Assembly (NCBI RefSeq): GCF_964204645.1
Contig: NC_134027.1
Span: 12,928,485 to 12,992,484, forward strand
Direction: 5' to 3'
From: Tubulanus polymorphus
Lineage: Eukaryota > Animalia > Nemertea
DNA: 64,000 nt
The notes under the pieces are model-generated. The model was not told where the DNA came from. It worked only from the letters and a program-made list of their open reading frames with translations, and did no database searches. Shown piece by piece: positions 12,014-24,119 of the stretch (position 1 is its first letter; each line of letters opens with the position of its first letter). A program made the translations under genes and the position numbers.

Positions 12014-13080
12014 ATTGACTGCTATTAATGGAAATCCATAGTTAAATGTACCATCTTCAGTTGATAAATCATAAACATAATCTGATGGGTTATATATTTC
12101 AAATAAATCCTTAACTTCTTCTGTTAACTCATTTTCTACATGGCTTAAATTAAAGCAATTTGGTTTAGATTTAATCAATCCAATATTCATATTAAAACCC
12201 AATGAATTGCATAATATATTCAATCCTGATATAGCAACTTTTCCTTTTTGAGCTAAAGATATCGTTTTGCGGTTTTTGAAACTTTTTGAACCATCTGCTG
12301 CGTAGAATCCAATGAAGAACCATTTTCTTAAATTATTTTTTTTGCATTTAATACATAATCTGGTACTATCTTTTCTTTTGTTGAAGTATTACTTTTCACT
12401 ATTGCATGAATATAGAATTCATCATTATATTTTATAGCAAAATCTTTAGGATTATTTACAAGTATTCTATAAACTGCTGATGATTTCATATGATCCATGA
12501 TTCTAAATGTTTTATGTGAATAAACTTCTTCACAGAATTTCTTAATTCTTTCTAATAATTTTAAGTCTTGATTGCATAAATACCAACAATATTTATTACC
12601 CCAAACATAATTATACACACCTGCTGAACCATCTCCCATGAAAAATCCTTTGATAAAATATTCTTTTTCTTCTAATGTTTCGGGTTCTATGTTATAAATA
12701 TTATCAATTATTTCATCAAATGACATATGATTCATTCTTTGGAAAAATCTTTTATGTAACAATTCATCTCCAATTTTTATATCAGTTGGTTTTATTTCAT
12801 CGCCATTTCGTTTAATAAAACTATGATCTTCTGTAACATCTACAAACCCTAATTTAGTTCTAACTCTATAGATTTTCTTATTTGTTTTATGCCTAATAAT
12901 ATTCTTTAATTTTTTCCATCCATTTCTTGTCCAAACATCCATTAATCCATTTATTTGTATTAATTCTTTTTCACCATATGAAATATAACATTCATTTTGT
13001 TTTGGAATTATTTCTGAAATTCTTCTTATCAATATTTTATCATTACATTTTAATAATATTGGGGTGTCAGCTGTTACAGA
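12014..13080 (-). mobile_element. Intein with LAGLIDADG homing endonuclease in PolB motif C
   Basis: EILYFD|SVTADTPILL...VTEDHS (block B)...FIKGFFMGDGS...FFIGFYAADGS...FPLIAVN|TDSYILK. The element B PolB reads EILYFDTDSYILK with no insert. One frameshift in an A-run near 12340. Confidence 0.93.
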
Positions 13081-16000
13081 ATCAAAATATAATATTTCAA
13101 TATGCTTTTCTCCAAAAAGTGGTTGTAAAACATTATAATAAAAATCATACATTAATAATTTTGATACTTCTAAAACAGTTGAACCAATGAATATAGGATT
13201 ATTAAATTTCATTGACGTTCTTTTTAATTTAACTGCTGTTAAATAATCTTCAAATCTTTTATTTCCTAAATGTCTAGGACTTGATTGTAAATGTCTTAAT
13301 CTTTCAGAATTATTTACTAATTCAATATCATTTCTATTTCTAATATTTTCGCATGTTTTTCCATAAAAACTATTGTTCATTAATTTGAAGAAATCTTTTT
13401 CAAAATCTGTTTTTGATATGGTTCTCTGTTGAGTATTAAAATCTATATATTTTTCTAACCACTTCGATTGATTAAATTCAATATATCTATGTACTTTCTT
13501 TAATTTCATTCCTTGTTTTAGATAAAATTTTAACATTCTATAATGAACGATATAATTGTATTTATTATTTTGAGTAAGTATTAATTTTTCTGTAAAAAAC
13601 ATGATCTTTCGGTTTTATTTTCTTCTGGTATTCACTTAAATAACTATCATCTACAGTTAAATGTTCTGGGCAATAAGGTAAGTTTCTTGTTTTAAACTTT
13701 ATATTTTCAGGATATTCTAAATCAACTACAAAGAAATAACCAATTGGTGCTTCATCTTTTAAACTCGCAATTGCGCTTTTTCATCATTTTCAACTTCTGT
13801 TAATATAAAATTTTTATATGGTTGAGGTTGCATCATTGCCCAACCATATAAATTATTGGCGTCAATATATAATAATTTATATTCATCATTTGCTTTAAAA
13901 TACCTATCTCCCATTACACCACTAATTCCACCTCTAATTGATTTTTCAAATAATAAAACCATATCTGGTTCTTTTAATAAATCTAATTCTACATTTGTAT
14001 ATTTTAAACCACATTGCCAGGTTAAACCAGGACTAGAGTAGCAATAACAAGGATCAACATTAAAATGATTCAAATTAACTTCTCTAAATTTTCAACTAAT
14101 CACCTAATCAACTAATTCACCATGATTTTTCATCTTAAAATGGTTCCAAATATTTAATGTTCTATTGAACACTTCGTCTTTCACATACTCCTCTTTTAAT
14201 TGATCATAAAATTGATCTTTTAGTAATTCTGTTACATTAAAATCATTGTGTGTTTTATAAAATGAATAAGGAATTGCGCCTTTATATCTCAATAATTTAA
14301 AATCTTGGTCATTTGGATAATAATATCGAGTTATTATAAAATCATTATCAACTAAACTTTTTGATAAATTATCTAATGAACTTGCTAGAAATCTATAAGA
14401 ATCTAAAAATCTAATGCAACCAAATTGAAATGAAATATAATTTTCAGATGTTTTAGCTAATAGTTTAAAATCATATTTTCTTACATTTACACCATTCATA
14501 GCATTATATTCTTCTATTTCTTGATTAATTGTGCCCAATTTCTTTGATAATTGTTTTATAAATAGATGGGTATCATAGCCTGATAAATTATGAAATAATA
14601 TTGGTACGAAATTAACTTTCTTTGCTTGTAAATTGCAATCTTCATGAGCAGCTCCACGATATTTTGAATTTAAATGATCATGATCTCTTAACTTTTTTAT
14701 CAAATGAATAAAAACGTTGAATAACAACAATGAGTTGCATAATTAAAATCAATTTCATCTTCTATTGTCATAACTATTCTTTTATTTTTGTTTAATAATT
14801 TTGCAAAATCACTTTCTAATTCAATCATTTTATCACAAAAATCATTAAATACATCTTCACCTCTAAGAGAAATATATTGACTTTCATATAATTTGGGATA
14901 ATTTGATTTGACGTAAATTCCATAAGCAGCAGCTCTTTGATGAACTTTTTTAATTGTATTTATAATTGGTGGGTCTTGTATTGTGTCTTCATTAAATCCA
15001 TTTCCTTTATCCATTGATTTTAATAATTGCTTTTTGTTATATATTTCTTTTCTATCTTGATCAGTTAATTCTTTATTCAACGATTCAAAATCCCCATAAA
15101 TTACAAAGGGAACAATATTCTTAAATTTATGATTAGTAAATTTCAATTTATAATCTTTTTCTGTTGGCATTATTAATTTGCAAAAATCTTTATTATCACA
15201 TAATTCTTTATGTTTTAATAATGTATTCTCTGTCATAAATTTAGATAAACATTTTCTACATAGATAAATCTTATGATGATGATCACTTTCTGTTCTAAAG
15301 AATAAATCAATTTGTTTTAACCACATATAATGTTCATTTTCATCTTTTTTGTAATATAACAAATCTATAGCATTTTCATCATCATAATATTCTGTTAAAT
15401 ATAAAGCTTCCAATGTATAATCTTTAATATTTTCACCTTTTGTCTTTGGTAATTGCATTAATTCAAATACATTTATTTTTAAATTATTAACTTTTTCTAT
15501 TTTAGGAATCATTTTTATAGTTACTGGATATTGATCAATTTTATATAATGTTTCATATTTCCGGTAATTTGTTATTCTAAAACTATGCGTCATATCTTCT
15601 GTTGGGTGTAAACAACTAATAATTGACCATAGAAAACATTTATTATCTTCATTTTGAACATTTATTACTGCTTTTGTTGTAAATGGTAATTTAATATAAG
15701 ATGATGCTTTAATATCCTTTTCTGTTGTAAAGTTTGAATCATTTTTAAACATTTTATTACTTTTTGATGTTTTATTCCTTTTTGTATTGTAAACATTTAA
15801 ATCTAAATATATAATTTCATTCAATGTTAAGCCAGAACCCTCAAAATATCTTCAATATGACGTTTAAATTCATTAAATATTTTTTCTAAATTCTCTTTTA
15901 TTTGCGTTTTTGAAATAATTTCTTCAGAGAGTGTTTGAATATTATAATCCATTTTTTCTTCTGACTTTATAAAACTTACTTTCCCAGAGATACTAATTTT

Positions 16001-16837
16001 TGGATATTCAACATCTGTTATCAAATGTAGTATTTTTTCTATTATTTCATTAAATTTACTATAATCTTCTATTGTTGTACCTTTAAAAAATCTAAATATA
16101 ATAGCTGCAGGACCAATTTTACTATGTAATGTTTCTAAAATTTCAATTGTATCTTTTATTTCTAGTGAATCAATATAATTTCTAACATTTTCCATGTAAG
16201 GTTTATTTGAAATGGATTTAGTTTTTGAATTTGGTTTTTTTACTTTTTGAGGTTTATTGTTAAAATAATCTTTTCCTAAAACATTATTACTCAAATTTTG
16301 ATGGTGTTTTGTGATTCGAGATGTCTATTATAATTCCTTTTTGTTATAAATTCATTACAAACTTCACATTTTATTTCATCCACATTCATATTTTCTAATC
16401 GTTCTTTTCTTTCATTGGAATTTTCTGAAGTTTCAAAATCTATAACATTTTTTATATGATTTGACGTTTTTTCATGTCGTGATTTTTGGGATTTATCGAT
16501 GTATTTTTTACAATATTGGCAATAATATTGATTTTTATTAAAGGATTTGTGACACCTAAATTATTTCTGCGGTTTTAGTTAGTATGAATAAAATTATTAC
16601 CGACAATATTTACGAAAATTAGAAGCAATGAACGTTTATATGGTTTTGAGAGCGATTTTGATGGAAAATCTCGCACAACAGTTGAAGCGCGCATCTTCGG
16701 GCATTTCCGTCAAACATCGGTGATGATGACGTATAACCGAGAAGACGAACGCGGAAGTGGCTCATTGTACAACGAAGGATTGACTAGCGCGGACGATATA
16801 TTATTCGATTATTCTGTTTTTTCTAAGTTTTTCGATC

Positions 16838-19800
16838 ATGCCTCGTCGTTGTGTTTACTACAATTGTAGTTCAAGTAATCGCTCTTTGTTCTGGTGGCCA
16901 CGGGATACGGTTATTGCGCGTAAATGGACCGCATTTGTGAGCAGAAAGAGAGCACAATGGAAGCCCTCATCCACGAGTGTATTGTGTGGGAGGCACTTCA
17001 CCAACGATTCATTTACGAACTATTCAATGTTTACTTCAGGATTCGCGACTAAGTAAGTCTTTTAACATTCAATATTTAAAATAAAAGCAGTATTGCTATC
17101 TCATTCTTTTCATCAGGTCAGGTTAAAAAGTGTTTCAGTACACGGAAACTGGGTCAGGTCCTTTCTTTGTTCATTGCTTCGTTTAGACATGTTTTCTGAC
17201 TAACTGGTCTAGTAACTGCCTTCCCGACTCATTAATTGATGTATCATGGCTGGTTTTACAAGCTGCTCATATTGATTGCCTGAGGACTAAATGGACCTCC
17301 TGACTCGATGTTAGGTCTACACTTAAAACCTTGAAGCCTAATCTAGTATGCAAGTATAACTATCATATTTTGAATTCCATTTAGATTACATTTGAAGCCA
17401 GATGCCATCCCTACCATTCACATAAATGACGACGATGATAACAGTCAATCAGATACCACTAAAAGACCAACGTACGCAAAACGAAAAAGAAAAGAGTTGG
17501 TGGAAACTTTAGTAGCTGATACAGTATCTAACGAAGAGTTACAGCCTTCTACATCAACCGCTGAAACGTCATACAGTCCGACAGCTGATACATCAACCAG
17601 TCCAACATCATCACCAGATAGGCCTCCCAAGTTTGTCGAAAAATCGTCACAGAAAGATATTGAAGCAGAAACCAAAGGTAAATTTCACTATATCATAAAA
17701 AATTCATGCTACAATAATTTTCTGGCATTCCATTTATATTTTCAACCTGATTTTTAGAAATTATGTTGTGAAAAAGTCTGTAGGTTATCTGAGAATAATT
17801 GGCGTATTGTTAATCGATGTTTTATTTGTGTCATTAAAGGTAATCAAACGCTTGCATGGAGACCGAAATGTAATCGACGACACTATCCGAGTCAGGGTAA
17901 ATTAACAAGGAAGAAAACAACTGGCACACAAATGACCCCTAAAAAGTTTAAGCCTTCGTATGATAGCACCGATACCGACGTATCCAGCGATGACGAATAC
18001 TTCGACGATGATCCCGATTATGATCCAGGTGAAGATCCTAATGGATCATCTTCAACTGAATTTGACGATGAATGTAGCTCTTCAGTATTCGATGAAATGA
18101 GGTAGGATTTTAATTTTCCTACAGTGTTTTTTTACAACACTTATATCATAACTATGATAAGTATAATTTTTTTCAGGGATGAAGCAGAAGTGCCATTACA
18201 AAAGAGGTCAAAATTCATTGTTGACCAATCTGCATTGCTGGAACTGTTTGTGTTATGCGTTTTGTGTCGTGGGAAAAACACTGTCCTTCGCAGAGTAATT
18301 TCTACCCAGCTCACCGTGAAGACGAAGTGTCAGCAGTGTCACCATGAAACCAAATGGCAAAGTGAACCATGTGTAAAGCGTATCCCAATAACCGGTCTGT
18401 TATTAAGTTCACTGATAGTGCTGACTGGAAATCTCACCTCAAAAGTTATACGACTGCTCAGGTAAGAAAAAGAAAATCAAGCATTCAGTAAAAGGTTTAC
18501 ATTTTGATCGCTTTATAATATGGATAATTATCATTATTGGATTATCTGCTTATAGGTTGGCAGGTATCCAGTGCATGAGTACAAGAACTGCGTTTCGGCA
18601 CCAAGCACAGTTTGTACATAAGGCAGTGTACTCTGTTTGGAAATCAAGTCGTCAGTCTTTACTCGACAGCCTCAAAGGATCAGCACTTCTCATTGGGGGG
18701 GATGCTAGGTGTGACAGCCCAGGACACTCTGCAAAATATTTTACATATTCGATAATGGACCTGAAAAGTAATAAGATAATTTCATCAGAACTGATACAGG
18801 TGTGGTATATCATTTGAAATTTTAGTCCTTTATAATAATATTAGTTCTTACTTATAAGAATATAATCTTATTATTCATTTAGTCAAATGAGGTAACGTCA
18901 TCAAACGCTATGGAAATAGAAGGTCTGAAACGTGCTGCAGAACGATTGAAGACATACGAAATCACAGCTTTCATTAGCGATATGCACCCTTCAGTGCATA
19001 AGTGGGCTCGAGACACCTGGAAAGTATCTCATTACTTTGATACCTGGCATTGTGTGAAGGGTAAGTCAATTATCAAATCAGAATCCTGTTATAACATCCC
19101 GCTCTACTTTGAATCAATATCAATTTCACTTGGTGTTAACTCATTCTGGTATGAGAGCAACAGACATTTATTTTCTGTGTAATATTATGTTTTGCAGCAG
19201 TGATTAAGAAACTCGAGAAACTCAGTAAAAAGAAAGGTCTCGAAGATATCCAAGCTTGGATACAAAGTATCCGAGTTCACCTGTATTGGTGCGCTATGTC
19301 GTCGAAACCTGGGGACCATGAGGATATAAAACGAAAGTGGGAAACCTGTTTGGAACATATTTCAAACAATCATGAAAACTGTATGCATGGAGATTATGAA
19401 AAGAAAAGAAAATGGATATTACCAGGTATCTATGATAACCAAAAGTCTTCATAAGCTATTGACTTGATACATGGGTGATTAGTTGCATTTTACATGTACA
19501 TATTATATTTCGTCATTTTTCTAGATACATATGCCGCAAGTGAGCTCGAGAAAGTAATGAAAAACACCAGAACAGTGAATCAAATCGGAAATATGTCATC
19601 GTATGGTCAGACGAGCTCTGTAGAAGCATTTCATAGTGTGTTAAACCACTTTGCACCTAAGATGATTCACTTTTCATATATTGGAATGCTTAGCAGGTTA
19701 GTAAAAAGTAGCTGTGAATAGCTTCAACTTGTTAAAACACTCAACATTCGTCTAATAAATTAGTGTCTTTACAAATTGGATCTGTGATATTTCTTTAATT

Positions 19801-20508
19801 TCCATAAACCTAAAGTGCGTGGGACATGAACCTGAGACTTATAAATCCTTCGTGGCTTTGTTTTGGTTCCAACTCGCTAGTGTTGCCATCTTTTGGTTTT
19901 TATTTTAACTTACTACATCTGTATGATTTCAAACCAGGCGATATGGACTAATAAAATATTCAGATAATATTGTCACATAAAATATGAAAAATTATTTCAT
20001 TTTTAGGATGTGCACAGCAATCTTGCATTACAACGAAAATAGCGGCAGACTTCAAGCTAAAACTAAAGATGGGAATGAGCGTTTCACTGTATTTTATCCA
20101 AAACACAAAGATGGTCACACGCTTCGTAGAATATTGACCAAAGCAACATACGTTAGGTCACAATTGGATGCATATTAGAACCCTTTGATCATCGATAGTT
20201 TATAAACATATCATTGAAGCCTGTCTATAATTGAAAGCGGATCCTCATTTGCTTCATCAAATATCTTTTTAGGTTATGTCGATGAATGCGTTGTTGCAGC
20301 AATAAAGATTGCAAACAAGGAAGTCGAAGTGAGTGATTACTGTACTCCTCCACCTCATTTGAGTTCTCAAAAAGTGAAAGTAACCAAGGAAGAAGCCATA
20401 AACCAGCATTTGTCTCGCTTCAAGAAAGTTACAGAAATCGTGCAATCGAAGCCTCAATCCTCAGGACCAACACAGCAACAGAAGAGAAAAAGATCAAATA
20501 AACTGTAA
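16838..20508 (+). CDS. Multi-exon THAP-domain DDE transposase (Kolobok)
   Basis: THAP domain (CVYYNC...W...LCGRHF...DAIPTI). Catalytic-type motifs GDARCDSPGHSAKY, ISDMHPSV, DTWH and TSSVEAFHS. GT-AG introns visible; exon limits approximate. Confidence 0.85.
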
Positions 20509-20603
20509 TCAAGATAACGATTAATGAAAAACTAATTCCTGAAATAATTTGTCCGTTTTATTTAATAAAGATACTTATATTATTATCTACACACATAATT
20601 CAC

Positions 20604-21708
20604 TTAGTCGTCCAGTTTTGGCAGCCTGAATCCTTTATAAATGGCGAATTCTTCATCACCGTCTTTCGGAAAGTGTGCCCGGATGCACGAAACAACACAA
20701 GATGGCAAAATAACCCTTATCTTAGGTCCACAGAATCCCCAGCACCAACGAACAAACTGGCGATACGCAATATGTCTGTATTTATCATTGGTCTGGCCTT
20801 CAAATGCTCTTCTGCCGTATTGCTGGTTTCTATAACCACTCCAGGCTGTTTGAAGAACCCAGACATGTAGGCACACCCCCTTAAATCCATCGGTGTCAGT
20901 GATGCAGTTGTATTCCCTGGAATCGTATCCTTCGAGTTCTCGAATTTTCCCGGCAACAACATCTATCTCACTGCAACACACACATTCCGGTTCTGTTGTT
21001 AGAATTTGACAATGGGTGCATGTACACCTGTGAAAATAAATTAAAACATTCCATCAAGACATGAAAGGTGGATCTAATTATTTCTCGTCTGGGTCTAACT
21101 GCAGTTTGGGTCACCTTTCCACTGTGTGACGCTAGTTGTTAACGTAAGGTTAGGTACATAACCATTAGGGACACCTAAACTGCAGTCACTCCCTGGTCTG
21201 GAATGAGATATCGGGTAGGCTTTCTAGCAGTCTCTGATTGCCGTTTTAGATGGCTTAGTTAGTTTATACTGAATTCCTTAGATACCGGCTGTACAAAAAA
21301 AAAACTACAAAAGACTATAGAAAGCCTTCTGTTTTACTATTGGTTGACGGATGAATTTAATAACCGAATCCACCATTATCCTTAGATTGTGTCGCCCCAT
21401 ACTTTGTTAACAACAATAGAAATCCCTTACCATTCATTGAACCGATGAACATCTAATCTAGAGATTCTATCCGGTCTATTGTCCGGTCTAGCGCCGTCTT
21501 CGTCATCGTCTGATGCATCAGGCTCGTACAAATACGGCGGCTCTGCAGCATTAAAAACGTCCATATCGGGCCCCATTTCGCCCACCTCAATTTCAGATGA
21601 TAGTGCACTTTCATCTGAGAATTCTCTTTCGCTTATATTTTCGCTCACTTCGCTAGATGAGGATGAATTGTCGGAGGAATAATCACTGCATTCTCTATTG
21701 TCGGCCAT
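20604..21708 (-). CDS. KolX-like Cys-rich protein (resembles P2X7 intracellular domain), 2 exons
   Basis: Acidic exon 21708-~21431 spliced to WCTCTHC...ECVCC...YRHIAYRQFVRW...RVILPSCVV..IRAHFP. Confidence 0.8.
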
Positions 21709-22065
21709 TTTGTTTCTGTTTGTTGTTCTCGGTTATACGTCATTCGATGACGTCATTGCCAACGCACGTGGCAATGTAGTCAAATGTAAACAAATCATCG
21801 GAATTTCTATTAAAAGTCGTATTTAGACCAGTTAGCTAAACCGTAGAAATGTTTTATTGATATCAGTCCAATCTACGATGATTCATCTACCAAATTAATC
21901 ATTAAGAATGCAAAACCTGACTTATGTGTCACAAATCCTTTAACATTATTGTTTTCTGGCTGGTGTTCATTCTCCCCCATTTATTAGGAAAAAAAATTAC
22001 TTGTGGTGATGAGTGGTGTCTCGACCGCACGACCTCTGGTATGAAAGCCCACTTTTCCAATTACT

Positions 22066-22319
22066 GTAGTATTAGACCAGAGAGACGACCAGAGAACAAG
22101 AACTCAGCACGACGAACAGTGTAGTCTTACAAAAATGCCTCCTGATTTATTCATACACAGATATTTATATGCAGCAAATATGACGGTCACAGACCGTGAA
22201 TAACAAATAGTATTGAATTCGGAAATATACAGTTTACAGTTTACTGGACAGTTCAGTCACATTCGAAACAACAACAGAGTTGACAGAGTTGAGTCACTCC
22301 ATAGGACCGAGTCCCGACA
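22066..22319 (-). repeat. Probable 3' LTR of the BEL element
   Basis: Minus strand has purine tract CCGGGAGAA followed by TGTCGGG at 22319, AATAAA near 22146-22151, and ends ...AATACTAC(A). The partner LTR is outside the window. Confidence 0.65.
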
Positions 22320-23748
22320 TTCTCCCGGCGCGAAGTTTCTGCAAGGCTGCAACGGCAGCAGCACGTTTCGGGCGGATGATCCTTTTTTTTTACTCGCTTT
22401 TTCGGGTTGTGGCTCCTGTTTCGCGAATTCTTGATGATTTATTTCGAGCGGGTACAACTTATTAATGGGTCTACTCGTTCGACCCTTAGCGGTTCGCACG
22501 ACCGCCGATCGCACACAGTTATCATTTCCACGATTCAACTTTTCGATGATACCCAAACGCCATGTAAGACGAGGGTTATCCGCGTGGATTTGAACGATAT
22601 CACCTATTTTCACTATTTCCTGATTATTTCCGGACTGATTATGTCGCTCCCTGAGTGCGGTGAGGTACTCGTTTTTCCATCTACCCCAGAAATGCTGCAC
22701 GAGTACGGCGCGATGTTCTTGCCGACGATTCAACTCGCTATGACCATAATCTGGATCAGCCAACGTATCAGCATCAGTAATAGGTTGCGGAAGAGCCGAT
22801 ATTCTGCGCCCATAGATTAAGTGAGAAGGAGTTAGTGGTTCTAGTTCTAAAACACGGCTATCAACATATGTTAAAGGTCTATCATTAATTATACATTCAC
22901 ATTCAATAACAACAGTATTCAATTCATCGTAGTTAAGTTTTGCACGACCGAGGACTCTTTTCAGACAGCTTTTTACCATCCCAACTAACCTCTCCCAAAG
23001 TCCTCTGAACCACGGAGCTCTTTTTGGAATGAAACGCCATTCGACCCCATTCTGGGCCATGAATTGAAAGATTTTCAGTGATTTGAATAAATTCGAGAGT
23101 TCCTCGAATGCGCATGTAACAGTTGAAGCATTATCAGAATACACAATACGTGGAAACGATCGACGAGCACAAAACCTACGAAATGCTAAAAGAAAGGCAT
23201 CACAGGTAAGGTCAGTTACAAGTTCTAAATGTAACGCTCTAGTAATAGCGCATGTTATAAGACAAATATAAACCTTTGCATCAGATGATTCGGTTCTTAC
23301 GATTAAAGCGCCTGTATAATCAATACCAACTACTGAAAAGGGTGGCGCTTCTTGAACTCGTACGGCGGGTAATGGAGCCGGATCGGGAAGCACGAATGGT
23401 TTACCAGTGCCAGCCTTAATACAAGGCACACACTTGTGTATCAAAGAGGTAATACGACGACGAATTTGTGGTACCCAATATTTCTGTCTAACAAACGCTA
23501 TTGTTGCATTAACACCTTCATGCATTACCTTAATACAATGGACGTAACGAAGATACAAAAACGTGAATCGATGGGTTCTCGGCAACAGGATCGGGTACTT
23601 CGTTTTCACTGGAAGCCTAGCGTTCTGTATTCTCCCCCCGCAACGAAGGACGCCATCAGACAAAACAAGTTTCAACTGTCTTACCAAAACTTGTCGTGGC
23701 TTCGAATTGGAACGTAAGGAATGAATAATATCACCAAATCCTTCACTC
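22257..23748 (-). CDS. BEL pol segment: HHCC zinc-binding domain and integrase core
   Basis: H...HEG...C..C, GIDYTG, SDNA and WERLVG motifs; BEL-type C-terminus (FWGRWKNEYL, RPINKLYPLE). Confidence 0.9.
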
Positions 23749-24119
23749 TATGGAACGCGATTCATGCAATAAACATGACCATTGTTACGACGTAGGATAA
23801 TTGCTGCGCCGTAGTATATTTGCGTCGGTGTATATTTTCTCCGACGTAGGATAATTGCTGCACCGTAGTATATTTGCGACGTGTCTACTTTTCATCGCAT
23901 CTATTTCGCTGCGACGTGGGTAGTTTGTAACGACGTAGCTTATTTACGTGAAGGTTCCATAGTTCACCGTATGGTGGCGCCACGGTATTATATACTCAAT
24001 AAAGTTAGAATTTAATTGAATCATATCGCTCTTTTCGACGCAACATAGTACGCCACAATCCGAAACTTTCGCGCTTTCCTTCGAATCTAATCTAATCTAA
24101 TCACGCCGGTATACAAATC

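Larger units (their letters stand above)
16542..21939. mobile_element. Kolobok DNA transposon
   Basis: TTAA TSDs (16538-16541, 21940-21943), 14-bp TIR AGGATTTGTGACAC, and convergent THAP-transposase and KolX-like genes. Confidence 0.88.
11558..21980 (-). pseudogene. polB: Polinton-type family B DNA polymerase, fragmented, with intein and Kolobok insertion
   Basis: Motifs DFES, FHNLSGYD, YIDANNLYG, KLMNNSFYGK, YFD/TDS and RSKMY; EndoVII-like DHDH...HEDCNL. ATG at 21980 rejoins in frame across the Kolobok TTAA site (MGENEHQPENNNVNKNQYYCQYC). Confidence 0.92.
4..22065. mobile_element. Polinton/Maverick-like endogenous DNA virus, element A (degraded; contains Kolobok insertion)
   Basis: ~70-bp TIRs: AGTACTTGGAAAAGTGGGCTTTCATACC... 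at 4-73 and its reverse complement ending ...TTCCAATTACT at 22065. The right flank is GTAGTA and the visible left flank is GTA, consistent with a 6-bp TSD. Encodes PolB, rve integrase, A32-like ATPase and capsid-like genes. Confidence 0.92.

Noticed and set aside
20604-21708. Host P2X7 receptor gene
   Set aside because: No channel or TM domains; it lies inside Kolobok TIRs where the KolX accessory gene is expected.
16542-21939. Kolobok subtype with long terminal direct repeats
   Set aside because: No long direct repeats seen between the ends, only a 14-bp TIR and an 18-bp inverted motif.
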